Assembly (NCBI GenBank): GCA_046497275.1
Contig: JAWOFX010000064.1
Location: 52 to 24,051, forward strand
Source: Promethearchaeia archaeon
GTDB lineage: Archaea > Asgardarchaeota > Lokiarchaeia > Sigyniarchaeales > SOKP01
Length of the DNA stretch: 24,000 nt
Reading direction: 5' to 3'
Shown here: positions 15,235-23,218 of the stretch, piece after piece
How the letters are laid out: each line of letters begins with the position of its first letter
Position numbering within the stretch: the first letter of the stretch is position 1
Translations under genes and position numbers: made by a program
Notes under the pieces: model-generated
Seen by the model: only the letters and a program-made list of their open reading frames with translations
The model's database searches: none
Told to the model about the DNA's origin: nothing

Positions 15235-15816
15235 TCATATTTCTTTTTTCATTAAAAATTTTGTAAAATCAGGTAGAGTTATTAAATATTCTTGAGCATT
15301 AGGTAGATAATTCTTTATTTTAATAAACATCTGAGAATAATGATGAGCCCTTTCTTTTTGTTCGAGTACATCATTCCTAGTTTGTTCTCTAATCATCTCT
15401 ACCGGAATGCCCTTCATAACTGCTCTCGCTGGGATTACAAGTCCGGGTGGTACTTGACTTTTATTTAATATCACTGATCCCTCACCAATAGAAGTTTCTT
15501 CAAATATAATACTACCTTCCATAATCTGAATATAATCCTCTAAGAAGCTTCCTAATAGGGTTACCCCAGTCTCTAAAATACAATACCTACCTATATGTAT
15601 CGAACTCTTAGATGATCGTGTTAATAAATTCACTCCATTAAAGATTGTAGAATATTCCCCAATATTTATTTTTGCATTTTCAGCCCGAATAATGGAACCT
15701 GGCCAAATAATAACATTATCATTAACTTTGACATCTCCAATTAAGGTTGCTTGAGGGGAAACATAGGCGTTTTCACTTATTTCTGGTTTCTTATTATTAT
15801 ATTCAATTAAAACCAT
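15235..15816 (-). CDS. gamma-carbonic-anhydrase-like / left-handed beta-helix (hexapeptide repeat) protein
   Basis: The N-terminus, KPEISENAYVSPQATLIGDVKVNDNVIIWPGSIIRAENAKINIGEYSTI, is the canonical gamma-CA/YrdA/PaaY family opening. Hexapeptide periodicity continues after it. Metal-ligand histidines are not obvious. Confidence 0.7.
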   Translation of the reverse strand: MVLIEYNNKKPEISENAYVSPQATLIGDVKVNDNVIIWPGSIIRAENAKINIGEYSTIFNGVNLLTRSSKSSIHIGRYCILETGVTLLGSFLEDYIQIMEGSIIFEETSIGEGSVILNKSQVPPGLVIPARAVMKGIPVEMIREQTRNDVLEQKERAHHYSQMFIKIKNYLPNAQEYLITLPDFTKFLMKKEI

Positions 15817-15937
15817 GATTAATTCCTAAATTAATATTTTTATACTTTCAATATTTTTAATTCATTTAAATTTAATTGATTTTATAAAGATAATTTTGCC
15901 TTTCTATTAGGTTAAATCCAAACTTTAATTAAAAAAT

Positions 15938-16762
15938 TCAGAAAAAATCAAAAGGATCTTTAGATTCAAATAATAGAAACTCATCATAAGGAAATTCCAA
16001 ACTTAAAAAATTTTTTAAATGCCTTAATGCGATCATCTCAGAATTATGATGTGAGATATTTATCAAAGATATACCTAAATCTTCTGCTAAAATTGCTTTT
16101 GTGTGATCTAAATTGCTTGAGATATAACAATCACAGCTTAATTCGGCTGCTTTTTCAATATACTTATTCTCTAGCGTTCCTCCTCCGACAATACATATTT
16201 TTTGAAGATTTTTAGAAAGTTTACCGACATAAGGTATTTCTCCTCTATTATTATTTAAATTTCTTTTAATACGTTCTAATAAACTTCTCAGGGTTAGAGT
16301 TTCATTAGATTCAGAAAAATTCATAGGCTCACAAATTCTTCCCAAAGGAATTTTATTATTATTAATTTCAACTTGAAAAAGAGAATCTATTTTCAGATAC
16401 AAAGATTTGGCAATAGTTTCTGAAATACCATTTTCTGATGATATAAAAGAGTTATTTAAAACAAAAATGGATACTGGATATTTGGAAAGTAAATTTAATT
16501 TATTTATTAAAGGTTTCTTTAGTTCTAAGAGAGGTGTTTGAATGAAGGGATGATGCGAAATTATTAAGGAGACTTTGTTCTTTATAGCATAATATATTGA
16601 TTGGATGCTTATGTCTAAGCAAATTAAAATCTTTTTAACTTGAGTTTCCCCCTTAATGACTCCATATTGGATCCCGTAAAAATCGTTTTTTCTTGAGAAA
16701 GTTTGTGGTGAGAGTTCATTTTCCAATAACTCTTTTAAATTTTTAAAAAACATAAAAATCAT
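15938..16762 (-). CDS. NIF3-family (DUF34, dinuclear metal centre) protein
   Basis: Two signature histidine motifs: LIISHHPFI near the N-terminal third and INISHHNSE near the C-terminus. Size is 274 aa. An alternative ATG is at 16753. Confidence 0.7.
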   Translation of the reverse strand: MIFMFFKNLKELLENELSPQTFSRKNDFYGIQYGVIKGETQVKKILICLDISIQSIYYAIKNKVSLIISHHPFIQTPLLELKKPLINKLNLLSKYPVSIFVLNNSFISSENGISETIAKSLYLKIDSLFQVEINNNKIPLGRICEPMNFSESNETLTLRSLLERIKRNLNNNRGEIPYVGKLSKNLQKICIVGGGTLENKYIEKAAELSCDCYISSNLDHTKAILAEDLGISLINISHHNSEMIALRHLKNFLSLEFPYDEFLLFESKDPFDFF

Positions 16763-16838
16763 TTGAAAAAATTCTTATTTTTAAATAAAGCTGTTGAGTC
16801 TGTAAGTTTTCAATTTTATGTGATTAAAAGGGGTGTTT

Positions 16839-16852
16839 AAAAGGTTTAAACT
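16839..16852 (+). promoter_or_regulatory. BRE/TATA element AAAAGGTTTAAACT, ~23 nt upstream of the Flp-like ATG (implies a leaderless or near-leaderless mRNA)
   Basis: Same core as 14192-14206. No Shine-Dalgarno lies between it and ATG 16871. Confidence 0.45.
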
Positions 16853-16870
16853 AAAAAATATTATAGAAAT

Positions 16871-17074
16871 ATGAGAGCAAAAAAAATTGGAAAAAAAATA
16901 ATTAAAAAATTAAAAGAATTTCTTTATGATAATTATGGAGGAAATCTGGTAGAATATGCTTTATTGTTGGGATTTGCCCTATTTATTTTTTTTGTGATCT
17001 TTGGGATAATATCTTCAATAATGGATTGGACTTTAGGGTTATCTAATGATTTCTTTGATCTTATTGGAGGATAA
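16871..17074 (+). CDS. Flp/Fap-type (type IVb, Tad-like) prepilin candidate, 67 aa
   Basis: A lysine-rich leader (MRAKKIGKKIIKKLKEFLYDNYG) is followed by G-GNLV-EY-ALLLGFALFIFFVIFGIISSI. This is the G-XXXX-EY processing motif plus hydrophobic helix that is diagnostic of Flp pilins. Confidence 0.6.
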   Translation: MRAKKIGKKIIKKLKEFLYDNYGGNLVEYALLLGFALFIFFVIFGIISSIMDWTLGLSNDFFDLIGG

Positions 17075-17095
17075 TATCTCATTGAAATATAATAA

Positions 17096-17125
17096 AGATT
17101 TTTTTAGCCAATTTGTAAAAAATCT
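17096..17125. terminator. bidirectional hairpin AGATTTTTT-N12-AAAAAATCT between the convergent Flp-like and RHH genes
   Basis: Read directly: a 9-bp perfect stem that presents a U-run on either strand. Confidence 0.4.
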
Positions 17126-17181
17126 AAAGAAATAAATTATTTGATAATCAGATTTTTAAAGATTAAAATTCATTTTTTGAA

Positions 17182-17553
17182 TTATTTATCCTCAGACTTG
17201 ATTATTTTATCATAATCAAGTTTCAAATTAAATCTATTTTTCCAATCTTCAAGATGGTCAAATAAATAGTCTCTATCAATGTTTAAGTATTCAAGAAAAT
17301 CGTTTAATTTAATACTTTTAGTTCCCTTAAGAAGTTTCTCTAATTTTTCATCGACTTTTCCTTCTGTCGGTTGTTTCTTTTTCCTCGATCTTAATTCTTC
17401 TAATAAAGCAAAGTTATTACTGTCATTAAAGAAATATTGGACAATATTATTGATAACTGCTGCTTGCGTTCTTCCAAATACACCTACTAATTCATCGATC
17501 ATATCCATATAAATATTGCTTAAGGTGACAGTGGTGCGTTTGGTATCAGTCAT
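17182..17553 (-). CDS. ribbon-helix-helix (CopG/Arc-like) DNA-binding protein with a C-terminal extension (123 aa)
   Basis: The N-terminus, KRTTVTLSNIYMDMIDELVGVFGRTQAAVINNIVQYF, fits a beta-strand / helix / G-x-[ST] turn / helix RHH pattern. Confidence 0.6.
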   Translation of the reverse strand: MTDTKRTTVTLSNIYMDMIDELVGVFGRTQAAVINNIVQYFFNDSNNFALLEELRSRKKKQPTEGKVDEKLEKLLKGTKSIKLNDFLEYLNIDRDYLFDHLEDWKNRFNLKLDYDKIIKSEDK

Positions 17554-17620
17554 TTATTATTATTTTTTGATTTTTCTGATAAGGATTATATTAATTTTAT
17601 ATTTATATTACTATTTAATC

Positions 17621-17657
17621 TTATGCTTATTTATGCATTATTATCATAATTAAGCAT
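17621..17657. promoter_or_regulatory. three copies of an ATGC[TA]T-containing motif (TTATGCTTAT, TTATGCATTA direct at 10-nt spacing; TAAGCAT inverted), a candidate operator
   Basis: Read directly in the RHH/wHTH divergent intergenic region. ATGCTTA (17623-17629) and TAAGCAT (17651-17657) form a 7-bp inverted repeat. Confidence 0.3.
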
Positions 17658-17715
17658 CATTTATATATTAAAATGATTTAATATTAATTAAAGAACTTGA
17701 AAAAGTTTAAAATTC

Positions 17716-17737
17716 AAAATGTCGAAAAAATGTCGAA
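17716..17737 (+). promoter_or_regulatory. perfect tandem 11-mer AAAATGTCGAA x2 between the TATA-like box (17705-17712) and the SD (GGAGG 17746-17750) of the wHTH gene, a candidate operator over the TSS
   Basis: Read directly. The 11-nt period is about one helical turn. The predicted TSS (~25 nt after the TATA centre) falls in the second copy. Confidence 0.4.
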
Positions 17738-17756
17738 GTTTTAGTGGAGGATAAAA

Positions 17757-18011
17757 ATGGCAAATAATATTTTAATTCAGAATCTTATTGAAGAAATGGA
17801 GATTTTATCACCACTTCAATTTAATTTAATAAAAAAATTAAAAGAAGAAGGTCCATTAACCAGGAGACAACTTGTAAATAAACTAAGGACACCTCGAACA
17901 ACAATATATGATAATTTAGTCAAACTTCAAAAGAAAAAAGTGGTTGAAAAATTTTCAAGAAATAACGGAAAGCGTGGCCGACCAAAAGTTTATTGGAAAA
18001 TCCTAAAATAG
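17757..18011 (+). CDS. small winged helix-turn-helix DNA-binding protein (84 aa)
   Basis: LTRRQLVNKLRTPRTTIYDNLVKLQKKKVVEKF...GRPKVYWKI fits an HTH plus a beta-hairpin wing (TrmB/MarR/ArsR-like). A strong SD (GGAGG) lies 6 nt before the ATG. Confidence 0.65.
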   Translation: MANNILIQNLIEEMEILSPLQFNLIKKLKEEGPLTRRQLVNKLRTPRTTIYDNLVKLQKKKVVEKFSRNNGKRGRPKVYWKILK

Positions 18012-18353
18012 TTTTTTTTAATATTTTATATATTTTTTTTGATAATTAATTAAGAAATCTTTGTTTGGAAGATTATTCTTCAAAATTAGAATTTAATCAA
18101 AAATTGTTTTAATATTAGGTTTATAGACTCCAATTTTTCCATTGCAAAAAAAAGAAAATATGTTAATTTCAAAATATATTTAAATTAATATAAAAATGGA
18201 TCCCAGATTCAAAATTTTTTTTAATTAATAAATATAGCTATTAAAACATGAACAAATTAATTGTTCAAAAAATACAATAAGCTTGCACTGGAAAAAAAGG
18301 AGTCTAAAAAGATTTTAATTTTTAATAATTATTACTTAAAAAGAGGTTTTAAA

Positions 18354-19337
18354 ATGATTAGTTATAAGGAATTAGGATTCAAAAATACGAAAAGAATGTT
18401 TGAGGTAGCATTAAAGGGAAACTTTGCTGTCCCAGGTTATAATATAAATAATTTAGAGCAATTACAAGCAATTATAAATGGCTGTGGTAAAAGTAGGTCT
18501 CCTGTAATTATACAAATAAGCAAGGGTGCGCGAGATTATGCAAATCAGACTATGCTTAGATATTTAGGCCAAGGAGCTGTCGAAATGGCTAATGAATTAG
18601 GATATAAAATACCTATAGCACTCCATTTAGATCATGGAGACTCATTTGAATTATGTAAATCTTGTATTGATCATGGATTTTCAAGTGTAATGTTTGATGG
18701 AAGTCACTTGGCTTATGAAGATAACATAAAATTAACTAAAAAGGTTGTGGAATATGCCCATAAAAATGATGTTTCAGTAGAAGCAGAATTAGGAATATTG
18801 GCAGGAATAGAAGAGCATGTAAAATCAGAGGAACATAGATATACTGATCCAGAAAAAGTCGAGGATTTTGTAAAAAGAACTCAATGTGATTCTTTGGCTA
18901 TTGCGATAGGGACATCTCATGGAGCATATAAATTTAAGGTTGAAAAAAAAGAAGATATACCTGAATTAAGATTTGATATTTTGAAGGAAGTTAAAAAGAG
19001 ATTAGGTGATTTTCCAATAGTACTTCATGGATCCTCTTCAGTTCTACAAAATTATGTGAAAATAATTAATGATTTTGGTGGTGCTTTAGAAAAAGCTTTC
19101 GGAATTCCTGAATCTCAACTGAGAAAAGCTACAGAATATGGAGTAAGTAAGATTAATATTGATACTGATGGAAGATTAGTTTTCACAGCAATGGTAAGAA
19201 AATATTTATCTGAAAATCCTGATGTTTTTGATCCTAGAAAATATTTAGGTTTAGCGAGAGATGAACTTACTAAAATGATTTTAAGAAAAAATAAAGAAGT
19301 TCTTGGTTCCGCTGGAATGGCTGATTTATTAGTTTAA
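18354..19337 (+). CDS. fba: class II (metal-dependent) fructose-1,6-bisphosphate aldolase, type IIB-like
   Basis: Motifs: NFAVPGYNINNLEQ, IALHLDHGDS, VMFDGSHL, VEAELG, IAIGTSHGAYKF, VLHGSSSV, KINIDTD. I prefer ATG 18354 (GAGG-N7-ATG), giving 327 aa, over the track's TTG 18261, whose extra 31 aa are low-complexity. Confidence 0.85.
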   Translation: MISYKELGFKNTKRMFEVALKGNFAVPGYNINNLEQLQAIINGCGKSRSPVIIQISKGARDYANQTMLRYLGQGAVEMANELGYKIPIALHLDHGDSFELCKSCIDHGFSSVMFDGSHLAYEDNIKLTKKVVEYAHKNDVSVEAELGILAGIEEHVKSEEHRYTDPEKVEDFVKRTQCDSLAIAIGTSHGAYKFKVEKKEDIPELRFDILKEVKKRLGDFPIVLHGSSSVLQNYVKIINDFGGALEKAFGIPESQLRKATEYGVSKINIDTDGRLVFTAMVRKYLSENPDVFDPRKYLGLARDELTKMILRKNKEVLGSAGMADLLV

Positions 19338-19365
19338 TTGAATTTCTATTTAAAAATTAGGCCAA

Positions 19366-21186
19366 TCATTTTTTTGGAATATAATAATATTCATTAATAC
19401 TTTTTTGATACTCATCTTTATTACTTCCAAGTTTATTTACTCTAGGCCTTTTCGTTATAGAATCCCTTCTGAAAGTAATACCCATTATTTCTAAAAATGT
19501 ATTAAATCCATCTCGAAGATTTTTAGGTGCTAAGGCTCTTCCTTGTATACCAGGAGAACCCTTGAATACCATTATAGAATCAGCGATAAAATCTTGAGTA
19601 ATTATATCATGTTCGACTACAAAAGCGCATTTTTTAATCTCTTCGATAGATTTTCTAATCAATTGAGCAACTTGTAATCTCATTTCAGCATCTAAAAAAG
19701 CAGAAGGTTCATCAAGTAAGTAAATATCTGCCTCAGTTCCTAAACAACTTGCAATCGCTAATCTTTGCAACTCCCCCCCACTTAATTCAGAAACTAATCT
19801 ATCTTTAAGATCATTCAATTTAAGATTATCAATCAATCTTCTTTTATATGATTCACTCAAATAAGATGCTAATTTAATTTCATTTAAATAATTAGAAACC
19901 TTCGTTTCTTCATTTAATTGTATATATTGATGTTTAAAGGAAACTTTTAAACCGTTTCTCTTATTTATTTCATTCTCAATTTTTGAATTATTGGATTTAA
20001 CATTTTCTGCAATTAAGTTCACGAAAGTTGATTTTCCAATTCCATTTGGTCCTAATATACCAATTATTTCTCCAGCATGAATTTCACTCCCCATAACTTC
20101 AAGGTGAAAATTTCCCAATGTTGTTTCCATATCCTCATAAGAGAAAATGATATTTCCCGAGTCATATAGTGATTCTTGAGGAGGTCTTTCATGAAATTTT
20201 ATTGATTCCTCTCTAAAACGGATATTTTCATCCTTTATATAACCATTTAAATAAATATTTATTCCAACTCTTACACCTTGCGGATGAGATATTATTCCAT
20301 AAACTCCTGGTTTTCCATATAATAATGAAACGTAGTCACTTAAATAATCGAGAATCGCAAGATCATGTTCAACGACTATTATTGTTTTATCCGCATCTGT
20401 CATACTTCTTATTAATTTAGCCATTTTTATCCTTTCACTTACATCTAAATATGAGCTAGGCTCATCAATTAAATACACATCTCCATCTTTTAAAATTCCT
20501 GCTGCGATAGCTACCCTCTGTAATTCTCCTCCCGATAAAACAGAAATATTTCTATCTAATATTTTCGTCAAATTAAGGTTTTCTGCGATATTCTGAATTA
20601 TATCATTTTCGTCATTTTTCTTCAAGACCTCATATACTTTCCCCGAAACAAACTGTGGTATCGATGTTATATCTTGAGGTTTATATACTACCTTAATCTT
20701 TTGTTCTTTCAATTCAGTAAAATACTGTTGCAATTCTGAACCTTTAAAATAATTTATAATCTCATCCCAGTCTGGTGATTCTTCATTAAATCTTCCGAAG
20801 TTTATTTTTAACGTTCCCGATAGGATTTTTATTAAAGTGCTTTTTCCAATACCATTTTGTCCAATAATTCCTAATACTTTTCCTTTTTTTGGGATAGCCA
20901 TTCTAAATAAAGAGAATTGATCTGGACCATATCTATAAGTCATTTCCTTTTTTAGAGGGTCCGGTAAGTTAACAATACTGATTGCCCCAAATGGACATTT
21001 TTTAATACATATTCCACAACCAGAACAAAGATTTTCAGCTATTTCTACTTTATTTATTTCTTCATTAAGAACAATTGTTTTATCTCCAGTTCTTACTCGT
21101 GGACAATATTTAATACAAGGTTTCTCACCAAAAGGACTACACTTATCTGGTTTGCATTTGTCCTTGTTAAGTACAGCAATCCTCAT
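19366..21186 (-). CDS. abcE1: ABCE1 / RNase L inhibitor (Rli1) ribosome-recycling ATPase
   Basis: N-terminal Fe-S cysteines (CKPDKC...C...C and CSGCGICIKKCP), two Walker A loops (GQNGIGKST, GPNGIGKST) and two LSGGELQR signatures. 606 aa. Confidence 0.95.
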   Translation of the reverse strand: MRIAVLNKDKCKPDKCSPFGEKPCIKYCPRVRTGDKTIVLNEEINKVEIAENLCSGCGICIKKCPFGAISIVNLPDPLKKEMTYRYGPDQFSLFRMAIPKKGKVLGIIGQNGIGKSTLIKILSGTLKINFGRFNEESPDWDEIINYFKGSELQQYFTELKEQKIKVVYKPQDITSIPQFVSGKVYEVLKKNDENDIIQNIAENLNLTKILDRNISVLSGGELQRVAIAAGILKDGDVYLIDEPSSYLDVSERIKMAKLIRSMTDADKTIIVVEHDLAILDYLSDYVSLLYGKPGVYGIISHPQGVRVGINIYLNGYIKDENIRFREESIKFHERPPQESLYDSGNIIFSYEDMETTLGNFHLEVMGSEIHAGEIIGILGPNGIGKSTFVNLIAENVKSNNSKIENEINKRNGLKVSFKHQYIQLNEETKVSNYLNEIKLASYLSESYKRRLIDNLKLNDLKDRLVSELSGGELQRLAIASCLGTEADIYLLDEPSAFLDAEMRLQVAQLIRKSIEEIKKCAFVVEHDIITQDFIADSIMVFKGSPGIQGRALAPKNLRDGFNTFLEIMGITFRRDSITKRPRVNKLGSNKDEYQKSINEYYYIPKK

Positions 21187-21272
21187 TTAAACTCACTATA
21201 ATCCTAAATAAAAAATGATAAATAAATATATTCATTATTACACTAAAGATTTAAGCATAGTGGTGAATAAAT

Positions 21273-22979
21273 TTGGAAACAGAATATTCTATTCATTGGT
21301 TATTAGATATCATTAAAAAAATTGAAAAAAGAAACCCAGAAAAAATTACCTTAGCTACGGGGAAGACCCCTTCAGGACATATTCATATTGGAATTCTAAG
21401 AGAGATAATTATATGTGATTCTCTTAGAAGAGTTTTCGAAGAAAAAAATAATGAGGTAAGATCTTATCTTTTTCTTGACAGTTTAGATGCTGCCAAGCGA
21501 TTTCCAGAATATATTAAAAAATCATTTCAAAAAAAACATATAGGAAAACCATTTTGTTTTATACCTTGTCCTTTTGATGATTGCGGATGTGAAAGCTACG
21601 CTTTTCATTTTGGAAACGAATTAGTATCAACTTTCAATGATTTTGGTATAGATAATAAAATAATTTGGACTCATGAATTATATAGAACGAATGAGATGAT
21701 AGAAAAAATAAAAATCGCACTTAATAATACTGAAAAAATTAAACAAATTTTAAAAAAATTCATTTTACCAACTTTAGACGAGGAAAAGAAAGATCAATTC
21801 CTTGAAACACAGAAGGATTGGATGCCAGTCATGGCTGTTTGCCGTAAATGTCATAAAATTCAAGCACGTGATAATGATGGAACAATAATTCCAAATAGGA
21901 TTATATCTTATGATAAAAATAATGAACAAATCACTTATAAATGTCCCGCTTGTGGATTTGAAGAGGTTCTCTCTATATATGAAGGAAACCTGAAGTTAAA
22001 TTGGAGAGTTGATTGGCCAGCTAAATGGGCTATTTTTAAAACCACTTGTGAACCTGCTGGTAAGGACCATTGTGTCAAAGGAGGATCATATGATACTGGT
22101 CTTGAAATATGCCAAGATATCTTTGGTTATAAAGGTCCAATTAAGGTTCCTTATGAATGGCTAAGATTAGGAGAAAGAGATATGAAAACATCTAAGGGTA
22201 TTGTTTTTACTCCAAAAAATTATTTAAAAATTGCAGATCCAGAAATTTTTAGAACATTAATTTTAAGAACAAATCCAATGAAACATATCTCATTTAGAAT
22301 TGAGGAACTTCCTCAATATCATGATTATTTTGAAAAAATGGAAAATATTTATTATTCTTTGGAAGAGGCTGAATCCAAAGAAGAAGTGGATTATTATAAT
22401 TTTATGTATCCTCTAACTAAAATTGATGAAATCCCCAAAGAGAAAAAAAACAGATTATCATTTAATTTATTAATCTTTTTATCTCAAATTCAAAATATTT
22501 TAAGTTTTGATAAAATTTATGAAAAAGCTAAAGAAATAATGATTGAAAATAAATTTGAAAATATTATAAATAAAAACCAATTCAAAAAATTACTTGAGAA
22601 AACAAAAAATTGGATCGAAGAAATAAAAAAAATAATAGAAGAGGAACAAGACAAAAAAACCAAGAGAAGAATTCAACAAAAAATTACTCTCTTTTCAATT
22701 CCAGAAGAAATTAGTTTGGATTTGAAAAAACAATTAGAAGAGAATCAAAAAAAAGGAATTAAATATTTGAGAGAATATTTATTACAAACTGAGGATTTAG
22801 ATGCTGATAAAATTCAAAATAAAATATTTTCTATTGCGAAGGATCAATTAAATATGCCCCCAAAAAAACTATTTCAAGCTATTTATAAAATCTTAATAGG
22901 CAAAAAGTATGGACCAAGATTGGGGCCATTTTTGAAAATGCTTGACAAAGATTGGTTGATCGAGAGATTAAACATTTAA
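21273..22979 (+). CDS. lysK: class I lysyl-tRNA synthetase
   Basis: GKTPSGHIHIGILREI (HIGH-type motif), MKTSKG (KMSKS-type motif), Cys-rich insertions (CPFDDCGC, CRKC...CPACG) and ~570 aa. TTG start; no upstream ATG retains the conserved IHW N-terminus. Confidence 0.85.
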   Translation: METEYSIHWLLDIIKKIEKRNPEKITLATGKTPSGHIHIGILREIIICDSLRRVFEEKNNEVRSYLFLDSLDAAKRFPEYIKKSFQKKHIGKPFCFIPCPFDDCGCESYAFHFGNELVSTFNDFGIDNKIIWTHELYRTNEMIEKIKIALNNTEKIKQILKKFILPTLDEEKKDQFLETQKDWMPVMAVCRKCHKIQARDNDGTIIPNRIISYDKNNEQITYKCPACGFEEVLSIYEGNLKLNWRVDWPAKWAIFKTTCEPAGKDHCVKGGSYDTGLEICQDIFGYKGPIKVPYEWLRLGERDMKTSKGIVFTPKNYLKIADPEIFRTLILRTNPMKHISFRIEELPQYHDYFEKMENIYYSLEEAESKEEVDYYNFMYPLTKIDEIPKEKKNRLSFNLLIFLSQIQNILSFDKIYEKAKEIMIENKFENIINKNQFKKLLEKTKNWIEEIKKIIEEEQDKKTKRRIQQKITLFSIPEEISLDLKKQLEENQKKGIKYLREYLLQTEDLDADKIQNKIFSIAKDQLNMPPKKLFQAIYKILIGKKYGPRLGPFLKMLDKDWLIERLNI

Positions 22980-23176
22980 TCTTGTTTTTTCTTTCTGGTG
23001 AAAATACTTTTCATTTTATTAATCAATCCTTTTTTCTTTTTCTCTTCTTGTAAAACATTGTAGCATTCAGGGCAAAATGTGTATGACTCTTTAATCATTT
23101 TTCCACATTTTTTACAATGTTTATGTGGATAAATATAACTTTCAGTTTTTTTATCATATCTTTCAAATTTACTCAA
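22976..23176 (-). CDS. small zinc-ribbon protein (66 aa, DUF2116-like), lysine-rich tail
   Basis: HKHCKKCGKMIKESYTFCPEC is a C-x2-C-x12-C-x2-C ribbon. The TTG start is preceded by GGTGA with a 6-nt spacer. Its 3' end overlaps the lysK stop by 4 nt (convergent). Confidence 0.55.
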   Translation of the reverse strand: MSKFERYDKKTESYIYPHKHCKKCGKMIKESYTFCPECYNVLQEEKKKKGLINKMKSIFTRKKKQD

Positions 23177-23218
23177 AAGCTATCACCTAAGATGATAATA
23201 AGTATAGGAATTGATTTT

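Noticed and set aside
16027-16215. 62-aa plus-strand ORF
   Set aside because: Antisense inside the NIF3-family gene.
17279-17512. 77-aa plus-strand ORF
   Set aside because: Antisense inside the RHH gene.
18261-18353. TTG-initiated 31-codon N-terminal extension of fba
   Set aside because: The extension is low-complexity (KKYNKLALEKKESKKILIFNNYYLKRGFK). Class II aldolases begin near MISYKELG..., and ATG 18354 has a GAGG SD at 7 nt.
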